DNA of 48,783 nucleotides, taken from positions 1 through 48,783 of the forward strand of contig CAZMBS010000003.1 in NCBI GenBank assembly GCA_964564295.1. The letters are read 5' to 3'. The stretch is from an uncultured Streptomycetaceae bacterium. Lineage in GTDB: Bacteria > Pseudomonadota > Gammaproteobacteria > Burkholderiales > SG8-41. The notes under the pieces were generated by a model. That model ran no database searches. It was given only the letters and a program-made list of their open reading frames with translations, and had not been told where the DNA came from. Of the stretch, positions 25,687 through 33,328 are shown piece by piece; position 1 is the first letter of the stretch; every line of letters begins with the position of its first letter. Both the position numbers and the translations under genes were made by a program.

Positions 25687-26868
25687 ATGCATATCGCAAT
25701 AACCGACGAGCAGCGCGCATGGCAGATGAAGGCGCGCGAATTCGCGCAGAACGTGCTGCGGCCGCGCTCGCTCGAACGCGACCGGATACCCGGCGCGCGC
25801 GACACTTTCGACTGGGACATCGTCCGGCAGGGCTCGCAGCTCGGCTTTCGCACGGCGGTGGTCGCCAGGGAACTCGGCGGTCACGGCATCGACATGATCA
25901 CGCAGGCCCTGATCATCATCGAACTCGCGAAAGGCGACAGCCCGATGGCGAAGACGTTCAGCCAGTGCTGGAAGTGGAGCCATCTGATCGCCGGCGCGTG
26001 CACGAAAGAGCAGCAGGAGCGGTTCCTGAAGCCCTTCGTCGCGGACGATACCTATCTGCTGGGGCAGGCCGGCACGGAACCCAATTCGGGCTCGGACCAC
26101 CGGCTGCCGCCGGAGGAGGACCCGCGCGCGGGATGGCGTCTGCGCGCCGAGCGCGACGGCGACGAATGGGTGCTGAACGGCGAGAAATGTTTCATCGCGA
26201 ACGGCAGCGTGGCGAAGCTCTTTCTGATCAGCACGCGCACCAACCCCAACGTGCCGCAGAAGGAGGGCGGCACCGTGATCGCGGTGCCGGTCGGCACGCC
26301 GGGCATGCGCATCGGCAAGGTGTTCAACAAGAGCGGCTGGCGCTACTACCAGAACGCGGAACTGATTTTCGAGAACTGCCGCGTGCCGCACGCGAATGTC
26401 GTGGGCGAGGTGAACGGCGGCTCGGCGGTGCGCAACGGCCCCGCGCGCGCGTTCGGCGATTTCGAGCTGGGCGCGAACGCGCTCGGCATCTGCGACGCGG
26501 CGGTGGAGCTCGCGATGAAACACGTGGGCACGCGCTGGCCGGAGAACCGTTACTTCAAGGACAACCAGACCATACAGCTGAAGCTGTCGCGCATGCACAT
26601 GATGACCGAGGCGCTGCGTTCGTTCGTGATGCGCGTCGCCGCGGAAGGCAATGCGAAGGTGTCGAGCGCCGCGAACAACGCGATTCTGCTGCAGAACTTT
26701 GCAACCGACGCGCTGCAGGAGGTCACCGCGTTGAACCTCGACATTCATGCGAGCGCGGGGGTGTCCGCGCTGAACGCTGCCGCCGAAAAACTGGAGCGCG
26801 ACGCGGTCATCTGGACGCATCTGGCCGGCGACTCCGTGCAGCGCATGAAGGCCGTCAGAAAACACTAG
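25687..26868 (+). CDS. acyl-CoA dehydrogenase-family protein (type A)
   Basis: 393-aa ORF with an AGGAGGGA Shine-Dalgarno. ACAD middle-domain pattern GTEPNSGSD...WVLNGEKCFIANGSVAKLF...GMRIGKVFNKSGWRYYQNAELIFENCRVP. A paralog lies at 30297-31484. Confidence 0.85.
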   Translation: MHIAITDEQRAWQMKAREFAQNVLRPRSLERDRIPGARDTFDWDIVRQGSQLGFRTAVVARELGGHGIDMITQALIIIELAKGDSPMAKTFSQCWKWSHLIAGACTKEQQERFLKPFVADDTYLLGQAGTEPNSGSDHRLPPEEDPRAGWRLRAERDGDEWVLNGEKCFIANGSVAKLFLISTRTNPNVPQKEGGTVIAVPVGTPGMRIGKVFNKSGWRYYQNAELIFENCRVPHANVVGEVNGGSAVRNGPARAFGDFELGANALGICDAAVELAMKHVGTRWPENRYFKDNQTIQLKLSRMHMMTEALRSFVMRVAAEGNAKVSSAANNAILLQNFATDALQEVTALNLDIHASAGVSALNAAAEKLERDAVIWTHLAGDSVQRMKAVRKH

Positions 26869-26899
26869 AAGAAACAACCGGTTACAGAAGGAGTTCGCC

Positions 26900-28138
26900 A
26901 TGTACAACCTGCACCTGACCGCCGAACAACAGGAATTTCGCGAGGCCGTGCGCGATTTCGTCGAGCGTGAAATCAAGCCGGTCGTGCTGCATCCGGACCG
27001 GCTGCAGGACTTCAGCAAGCCGCTGCCGCTCGCGTTGATCGCACAGGCCGCGCAGATGGGCCTGCGCAGCGTCATGCTGTCCGAGGAGCTCGGCGGCGCG
27101 GGAGGCAACGCGCTGACCGCATGTCTCGTCGCGGAGGAGCTCGCGGCGGGCGACGTCAATATTGCGGTCACGCTGGCCGAGACCTGGACGGTCGCCGGGC
27201 TACTGTTCGAGAAGATGATGACGACCGAACAGCGCACGCGCTACCTCGCGAAGTTTCTGGAGGACGACGCGTTCCATCTGGCGATGGCGCCGCACCGGCC
27301 CGATCCGGAACTCGGCTGGAAGTACCACCGGCCGCTCGCCGAGGAACCTGCAGCCCGGCTGGCGGCCACGCGCCAGTCGAACGGCGACTGGATCGTGAAC
27401 GGCACGACGGCATTCGTGCAGAACGCGCCGCTCGCGAAATTGATCGTCATCCAGGCGCGGTCGGGCTCCGGGGCCCTGGTGACGCTGCTCGCGCCGGCCG
27501 GCACGGCCGGCATGGCCGTGCGGGAAGTCGGCGGACCGGATACCGTGAGGTGGTATCACGGCGCGGGCGGCGAAATCGCGTTCAGCGATTGCCGGATCCC
27601 CGCCGAGAATCTGCTCGGCGACGGCGCAAACGCACCGCTGAAGGCCATGCACGAGGGCCGCGGCACGCCGCAGACGCAGGCGATGAACGTCGGCGTCGCG
27701 CGCGCCGCGTACGAGGCGGGCGTGAACTACGCGAAAATCCGCGTGCAGGGCGCCCGTCCCATCATCCAGCATCAGGCGATCGGCACGATCCTTGCCGATG
27801 CTGCCGTGAAAATCGAAGTCGCGCGCAACTTCGTGCGCACCGCGGCCTGGGCCGCGGATCATCCCGACGCCGTGGCGGATCGCAGCCTCACGGATCTGCC
27901 GCTGCAGTCGATCGCGCGGGTCTATGCGTCGGAGGCGCTGCACGAGGCAACCGAAGGCGCGACGGAGTGTTTCGGCGCGATGGGCGTCATGCTCGACATG
28001 CCGCTCGCGAAGTACATGCATGATGCGCGCGTGTTCCTGCATTCCGGCGGGTCCAACGCCGTCGAGAAACTCCGTATCGCGGAGGCGCTCGCGGGATTCG
28101 AACGGCCGGCTGCGGCGGCGGTCAAGGCCGCGGCGTAG
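26900..28138 (+). CDS. acyl-CoA dehydrogenase-family protein (type B), likely partner of the preceding gene
   Basis: 412-aa ORF with a GAAGGAG Shine-Dalgarno. It has the ACAD fold pattern (MYNLHLTAEQQEFREAVRDFVEREIKP..., WIVNGTTAFVQNAPLAKLIV, GVARAAYEAGVNYAKIRVQGARPIIQHQAIG) but is strongly diverged from type A. Confidence 0.8.
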   Translation: MYNLHLTAEQQEFREAVRDFVEREIKPVVLHPDRLQDFSKPLPLALIAQAAQMGLRSVMLSEELGGAGGNALTACLVAEELAAGDVNIAVTLAETWTVAGLLFEKMMTTEQRTRYLAKFLEDDAFHLAMAPHRPDPELGWKYHRPLAEEPAARLAATRQSNGDWIVNGTTAFVQNAPLAKLIVIQARSGSGALVTLLAPAGTAGMAVREVGGPDTVRWYHGAGGEIAFSDCRIPAENLLGDGANAPLKAMHEGRGTPQTQAMNVGVARAAYEAGVNYAKIRVQGARPIIQHQAIGTILADAAVKIEVARNFVRTAAWAADHPDAVADRSLTDLPLQSIARVYASEALHEATEGATECFGAMGVMLDMPLAKYMHDARVFLHSGGSNAVEKLRIAEALAGFERPAAAAVKAAA

Positions 28139-28147
28139 GGAAGCATC

Positions 28148-29203
28148 GTGCTGAAGCTGGGTATCCTGCTGGGCGACGACATCGGGCTCGAGGTCGTGCC
28201 CGAAACCGTGAAGGCCATGAAGGCTGCCGCGGCGAAAGCGGGGCTTGCGCTCGAATGGCATCCGCTGCCGATCGGTCGCCAGGCGCACGAAACGCTGGGG
28301 CACACCTCGCCGCCGTCGACCATCGAGGCGCTCGAACGCATGGACGGCTGGCTCATGGGCCCGATCGGGCACAGCGCGTACCCGAAAAAGGACCCGACGT
28401 GGATCACGCCGCCGATCCGCAAGCGCTTCGAACTCTATGCGAGCGTGAAGCCCGTGCGTTCGTACCCGAATCTGCCGTCGCTGCACAAGGACGTGGACAT
28501 CGTGTTCGTGCGCGAAACCACCGAGGGACTGCAGCGCGCCGGCGTCGTGGTCGCGGGCACCGGGGAGTTTCGCCCCAACGACGAAATTTCGATCGGCATG
28601 CGGGTGATCACGCGCAAGGGCTCGAATCGCGTGGCGCGCCAGGCGTTCGAAATCGCGCGCAATCGCAGGCGCAGGAAGGTGACCGCCACGCACAAGGCGC
28701 CGACCTTCCAGATGTGTTGCGGCATGTTCGCGGAGGAATGCCGCAAGGTCGCGGCCGAATATCCCGACGTGGAATTCGAGGAAGTGCTGATCGACGGCAT
28801 GGCGCTCAAGCTCGTGATGACGCCGCAGCGTTTCGACGTGGTGGTGACGACGAACCAGTTCGGCGACATCCTTACCGACGAGGGTGCGGGGCTTGTCGGC
28901 GGACTCGGGCTTGCGCCGGGACTCTGCGCGGGCGACCGGCAGGCGATGGCGCAGGCGACGCACGGGTCGGCGCCCGACATTGCGGGTCGGAACATCGCGA
29001 ATCCGTACGCGATGATCATGTCGGGGAAAATGCTGCTCGAATGGCTGGGCCGCCGGCACGGCGAGCCGAAGGCGGTCGAGGCCGCGCAATGGCTCGACGC
29101 CGCCGTGGACCGCGTGATTGCCGAGGGTAAAAGTCTGACGCCGGATCTCGGCGGCACGTCGAGCACGACGCAGATGGGCGACGCGATCGCGGCGGCGGTC
29201 TGA
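28148..29203 (+). CDS. isocitrate/isopropylmalate dehydrogenase-family (beta-decarboxylating) dehydrogenase
   Basis: 351-aa ORF with a GTG start 9 nt after the ACAD stop. It shows LGILLGDDIGLEVVPE, VDIVFVRETTEGL, NQFGDILTDEGAGLVGGLGLAPG and THGSAPDIAGRNIANPYAMI. Confidence 0.88.
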   Translation: MLKLGILLGDDIGLEVVPETVKAMKAAAAKAGLALEWHPLPIGRQAHETLGHTSPPSTIEALERMDGWLMGPIGHSAYPKKDPTWITPPIRKRFELYASVKPVRSYPNLPSLHKDVDIVFVRETTEGLQRAGVVVAGTGEFRPNDEISIGMRVITRKGSNRVARQAFEIARNRRRRKVTATHKAPTFQMCCGMFAEECRKVAAEYPDVEFEEVLIDGMALKLVMTPQRFDVVVTTNQFGDILTDEGAGLVGGLGLAPGLCAGDRQAMAQATHGSAPDIAGRNIANPYAMIMSGKMLLEWLGRRHGEPKAVEAAQWLDAAVDRVIAEGKSLTPDLGGTSSTTQMGDAIAAAV

Positions 29204-29241
29204 GCGCAGGGCTCGAGTACGGCGGTAAAGGAGGAAGAGTC

Positions 29242-30216
29242 ATGTCGAAGTTGACCTGTGTTGCCGCACTGCTCGGCGCCGTGCTGGCGCTTCCCGCCGC
29301 GGCCCAGTGGAAGCCGGACAAGCCCGTCGAAATCGTCGTGCCGACGACGCCCGGCGGTGCAATCGACACGATCGCGCGGCTGATCCAGAGAATCGGGCAG
29401 GAAGCAAAGCTCGTCGAGACGCCGCTGGTGGTGGTCAACAAGCCCGGCGGCGGCCAGAGCGTCGCGATGAGTTATCTCGACCAGAAACCGGGCGACGCGC
29501 ACACCATCCTCGTCTCCACGATGAGCCTGATGACGACCCACATGCAGGGCCGGACCAAGGTGAACTACACCGACTACACGCCGATCGCGAATCTGTTCGG
29601 CGAGCCGATGACCATGGTCGTGCGGCCGGAATCGCCGCTGCGGAGTGCACGCGACGTCCAGGAGAAATTGAAGGCGGATCCGCAGTCGCTCGCGATCGGC
29701 GTGGGCATCGCGGTGGGCGGCACCAACCATCTCGCGGCGGCCCTCGTGCTGCGCGCGATGGGCGTGGATCCGCGCAAGGCCAAAACCGTCGTGTTCCAGG
29801 CGAACGCGGAAGCGATGACCGCGATCATGGGCGGGCACGTGGACCTCGCGCCGATGTCCGCGGCCACCGCGATCAACGCCGCGCGGCAGGGGCGTCTGCG
29901 CATACTCGGCGTGAGTTCCGCGCGCCGCGGCGACGGTCCGCTCGCGGAAGTTCCGACCTGGAAGGAGCAGGGCTACGACGTGGTGTTCACCAACGTGCGG
30001 TTCGTGCTCGGTCCCAAGGGCCTCAGTCCCGCCCAGATCGCGTACTGGGACGGCGTCTTCGAAAAGATGGTGCGCACCGACGAGTGGAAGGGCCAGGTCG
30101 CGAAAAATCTCTGGGAAATGGATTTCGCCGGCCACAAGGGGACCGTGCAGCGCCTCGGCACGCTTTACACGCAGCTTCGCGGCGCGATGGTGGACTCCGG
30201 GCTCATCAAGGAATAA
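29242..30216 (+). CDS. TctC/Bug-superfamily periplasmic binding protein, divergent subtype
   Basis: 324-aa ORF with an AAGGAGGA Shine-Dalgarno and signal peptide MSKLTCVAALLGAVLALPAAAQ. Blocks VVNKPGGGQSVAM, GGHVDLAPM, VPTWKEQGYD and DEWKGQV are shared with 11000-12001. Confidence 0.88.
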   Translation: MSKLTCVAALLGAVLALPAAAQWKPDKPVEIVVPTTPGGAIDTIARLIQRIGQEAKLVETPLVVVNKPGGGQSVAMSYLDQKPGDAHTILVSTMSLMTTHMQGRTKVNYTDYTPIANLFGEPMTMVVRPESPLRSARDVQEKLKADPQSLAIGVGIAVGGTNHLAAALVLRAMGVDPRKAKTVVFQANAEAMTAIMGGHVDLAPMSAATAINAARQGRLRILGVSSARRGDGPLAEVPTWKEQGYDVVFTNVRFVLGPKGLSPAQIAYWDGVFEKMVRTDEWKGQVAKNLWEMDFAGHKGTVQRLGTLYTQLRGAMVDSGLIKE

Positions 30217-30296
30217 CCCGGACCGATGCGCGCGCATACCGGGAGGGCGACGGCGGGCGGGGGGTACGCGGCGATCCGCATTGCACGGAGTTCCCG

Positions 30297-31484
30297 TTGA
30301 ATCCGATTCTTTCCGAGGAATCCCGCGCCTGGCAGCAGAAGGCCCGTGAATTTGCGCGCGAGGAACTCCTGCCGATTTCGGTTGAACGCGACCGCATTCC
30401 CGATGCGTACGGCGCGTTCGACCCCGAAGTCATCCGCCGCGGCTCGAAGCTCGGCTTCCGCACCGCCGTGCTGCCGAAGGCGCTCGGCGGCCATGCGATT
30501 TCCACCGTCACGCAGGCGCTCGTCATCACCGAGCTTGCGAAGGGCGACAGCGCGATTTGCAAGACCTTCACGCAGTGCTGGAAGTGGAGCCACATGATGT
30601 CGGTCGTCTGCTCGCCGGAGCAGCGGGAACGGTTCCTGAAGCCGTTCGTCGAGGACGACCTCTATCTGCTGGGCCACGCCGGCACCGAGCCCAATGCCGG
30701 TTCCGATCACCGGATGATTCCCGAAGAGGATCCGCGCGCGGGCTGGAAGCTGCGCGCCGAGCCGCACGGCGACGAATGGATACTGAATGGCGAAAAGTGC
30801 TTCATCGCGAACGGCAGCGTCGCGAAACTCTTTTTTGTGACCGCGCGCACGAATCCGGAGGTCGACCAGGCCCACGGCACGACGGAATTTCTCGTGACGC
30901 TCGACACGCCGGGTCTGCGCATGGGCAAGGTCTACAACAAGAGCGGCTGGCGCTTCTACCAGAATGGCGAACTGGTGTTCGACGACGCGCGCGTGCCGGA
31001 CGCAAACCGCGTGGGTCCCGTGAACGGCGGATTTCATCTGCGCACCGGCACGTCGCAGCCCTTCGGCGATCTCGAACTGTCCGCCAACGCGCTCGGCATC
31101 TGCGACGCGGCGCTGGAACTCGCGATGCAGCACGTCGCCGCGCGCTGGCCGCAGCACCGCTATTTCAGGGACAACCAGTCCGTGCAGTTGAAGCTGTCGC
31201 GCATGCACATGCTGACCGAAGCGCTGCGCGCGTTCGTGCTGCGCGTCGCCGGCGAGACCGACGCGGGCGCGAAGGGGCATTCCACCACCAACATCCTGCT
31301 CATGAATTTCGCCACCGACACCGTGCAGGAAGTCACCGCGCTCAATTTCGACCTGCACGCAGGCGCGGGTGCGGCCGAAATGCCGCCGCGGGTCGATAAA
31401 CTCGCCCGCGACGCGGTCATCTGGACCCACCTCGCGGGCGACTCGGTGCAGCGCATGAAGGGCGTGCGCCGCATCGTGGGTTGA
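30297..31484 (+). CDS. acyl-CoA dehydrogenase-family protein (type A paralog)
   Basis: The coding part aligns from the N-terminus with 25687-26868 if it starts at TTG 30297 (LNPILSEESRAWQQKAREFA versus MHIAITDEQRAWQMKAREFA). Shared runs are KTFTQCWKWSH, GTEPNAGSDHR, LNGEKCFIANGSVAKLF and RDAVIWTHLAGDSVQRMK. Confidence 0.82.
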   Translation: MNPILSEESRAWQQKAREFAREELLPISVERDRIPDAYGAFDPEVIRRGSKLGFRTAVLPKALGGHAISTVTQALVITELAKGDSAICKTFTQCWKWSHMMSVVCSPEQRERFLKPFVEDDLYLLGHAGTEPNAGSDHRMIPEEDPRAGWKLRAEPHGDEWILNGEKCFIANGSVAKLFFVTARTNPEVDQAHGTTEFLVTLDTPGLRMGKVYNKSGWRFYQNGELVFDDARVPDANRVGPVNGGFHLRTGTSQPFGDLELSANALGICDAALELAMQHVAARWPQHRYFRDNQSVQLKLSRMHMLTEALRAFVLRVAGETDAGAKGHSTTNILLMNFATDTVQEVTALNFDLHAGAGAAEMPPRVDKLARDAVIWTHLAGDSVQRMKGVRRIVG

Positions 31485-31490
31485 TGTCGC

Positions 31491-31997
31491 TCAGCCCGCG
31501 CCCATGAAGTTGCGCTTGCCGATTTCCACGCCGTTGTGCCGCAGGATGTCGTAGGCGGTCGTCGCGTGGAAGTAGAAATTGGGCATCGAGCGGTTGAGCA
31601 GGAGGTCGATGCCCTTGAAGTCGGTCATCTGGTCGCGCACCTTGACCTTGACGATCTTGTCTTCCGTGCCGTCGACCTGCGCCGCGGTGACCGTGTTCAG
31701 GAACGCGACGGTTTTTTCGACGCGCGCGATGAGATCGGCGAGACTTTTTTCGTTGTCCTCGAACTTGGGGGCATCCGTGCCCGAGAGCAGCGCCGTGCAG
31801 TTCTTCGCGTGATCGGTTGCCACCTGGACCTGGCGCGCCAGGTTGAACATGTCCGGATACAGCCGGTAATGCAGCAGACTCGTTTCGTCGAATTTCTTTT
31901 CCGCGTACAGCGCTTGTGCTTTCTTGAGGCAGCCGGCGAGGCCGTTCAGGTGGCGGACAAACACGGGAACCGAGATCGGGTACATCGAGACAGCCAT
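31491..31997 (-). CDS. DUF1993-domain protein
   Basis: 168 aa from ATG 31997 (AGGAG Shine-Dalgarno 7 nt upstream), beginning MAVSMYPISVPVFVRHLNGLAGCLKKAQ and ending ...MPNFYFHATTAYDILRHNGVEIGKRNFMG. Confidence 0.8.
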   Translation of the reverse strand: MAVSMYPISVPVFVRHLNGLAGCLKKAQALYAEKKFDETSLLHYRLYPDMFNLARQVQVATDHAKNCTALLSGTDAPKFEDNEKSLADLIARVEKTVAFLNTVTAAQVDGTEDKIVKVKVRDQMTDFKGIDLLLNRSMPNFYFHATTAYDILRHNGVEIGKRNFMGAG

Positions 31998-32327
31998 TTG
32001 CGTTGCTCCTGGAATGACGGTGAAGCGGCGTATTCTAGCGTGATCGGAACCGTATTCCGGGCCCGCAATGAAGTCCCGGCGGTGCGGGACTTCGGCGTCA
32101 CGCTGTCGAATGCTCCACGCGTGTGCAGCGGGACTCGACACCGGGCGGCATCCTGCAGATATTTCGCGGGCGACGCGCCCTGAAAAACGCCTGCAAGATC
32201 AAGATGTTGGTGGAAGCAGGAACGGCACAATCTGGAAATCGCTTGCCATGCCACTGGGAACGATCGCGTTCGGCTGCTTCCACGGATACATTCAGCAAGC
32301 GGCGTGCCAGCACGCCGGACACGGGCG

Positions 32328-33305
32328 CTATTCGGCGGTGATGCCCGCCGCCGCGGCGATCCTGCGGTACTTTTCGATGTCCGCCTTCTGCCGCGCACTC
32401 AACGCTTCCGGCGTGGATCCCACGATGTCGGTGGCCGCGTCGAGCTGCCGCTGACGGTAGTCCGGCGACTGGATGATGCTCACGAGTTCCGCGTGCAGCT
32501 TGTCGAGGATGTCCTTCGGCGTTTTCGCCGCCACCCAGATCGCGTACCACTGCACGATGTCGAAGCCCGGTGCGCCGGCTTCCGCGATGGTCGGCACTTC
32601 GGGCAGCGCGCCGGACCGCTGCGCGGAGGTTACCGCGAGTCCGCGCAGCCGGCCCGCCTTGACGTGCGGAATGGACACGGTCGGCGCGGTCAAAGCGATC
32701 GGAACGTGGCCGCCGATGACGTCGATCAGCGCCGGCGCGGCGCCCTTGTAGGGAACGTGCACCATGTCGATGCGAAACGTCGTCTTCAGCAGTTCGCCGG
32801 CGAAATGCTGCGGCGTGCCGGTGCCGATCGACCCGTAACTCAACGCACCCGGCTTCGCGCGTGCGAGCGCAACGAGTTCCTTCACGGATTTAGCCGGCAG
32901 CGACGGATGCGCGAGCAGGATCGGCGGCGTCGTGCCGACGAGCGTCACCGGTTGCAGATCGCGCACCGGGTCGTAGGGCATTTTCCTGAACAGCACGACG
33001 TTCATGGACACTTCGCTCGACGCACTGAGCAGCAGCGTGTAGCCGTCGGCCGGGCTCCGTACGACGAACTCGGTGCCGATCATGGCGCTTCCGCCCGGGC
33101 GGCTTTCGACGACGACCGGCTGGTTCCAGCGTTCCGACAGGCGTGCCGCGATCGGTCGCGCGGTGTAATCGGAGCCGCCCCCTGCCGGGTAGGTGATCAC
33201 CATGCGGATCGCCTTCGACGGATAGACCTGTGCGAGCGCGGATACCCCAGGGTATACCGATGCCAGAATCAGGACCAGCGGCAGGGATTTCATCATCGGG
33301 GTCTC
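32328..33305 (-). CDS. Bug/TctC-family periplasmic substrate-binding protein
   Basis: The real start is ATGATG at 33305 (MMKSLPLVLILASVYPGVSALAQ). Bug blocks AIRMVITYPAGGGSD, VVESRPGGSAMIG, ADGYTLLL, PGALSYGSIGTGTPQHFAGE and HVPYKGAAPA. It lies 23 bp downstream of the FAAL-fusion gene. Confidence 0.9.
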   Translation of the reverse strand, partial: ETPMMKSLPLVLILASVYPGVSALAQVYPSKAIRMVITYPAGGGSDYTARPIAARLSERWNQPVVVESRPGGSAMIGTEFVVRSPADGYTLLLSASSEVSMNVVLFRKMPYDPVRDLQPVTLVGTTPPILLAHPSLPAKSVKELVALARAKPGALSYGSIGTGTPQHFAGELLKTTFRIDMVHVPYKGAAPALIDVIGGHVPIALTAPTVSIPHVKAGRLRGLAVTSAQRSGALPEVPTIAEAGAPGFDIVQWYAIWVAAKTPKDILDKLHAELVSIIQSPDYRQRQLDAATDIVGSTPEALSARQKADIEKYRRIAAAAGITAE

Positions 33306-33328
33306 CAGGGTGAGAGCGCAACCGCAGT

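Noticed and set aside
32150-32245. 30-codon minus-strand ORF (MYPWKQPNAIVPSGMASDFQIVPFLLPPTS) in the 330-bp gap
   Set aside because: It has no Shine-Dalgarno and no recognisable peptide family, and it overlaps the proposed RNA stem. It is mentioned only as a testable alternative under the gap finding.
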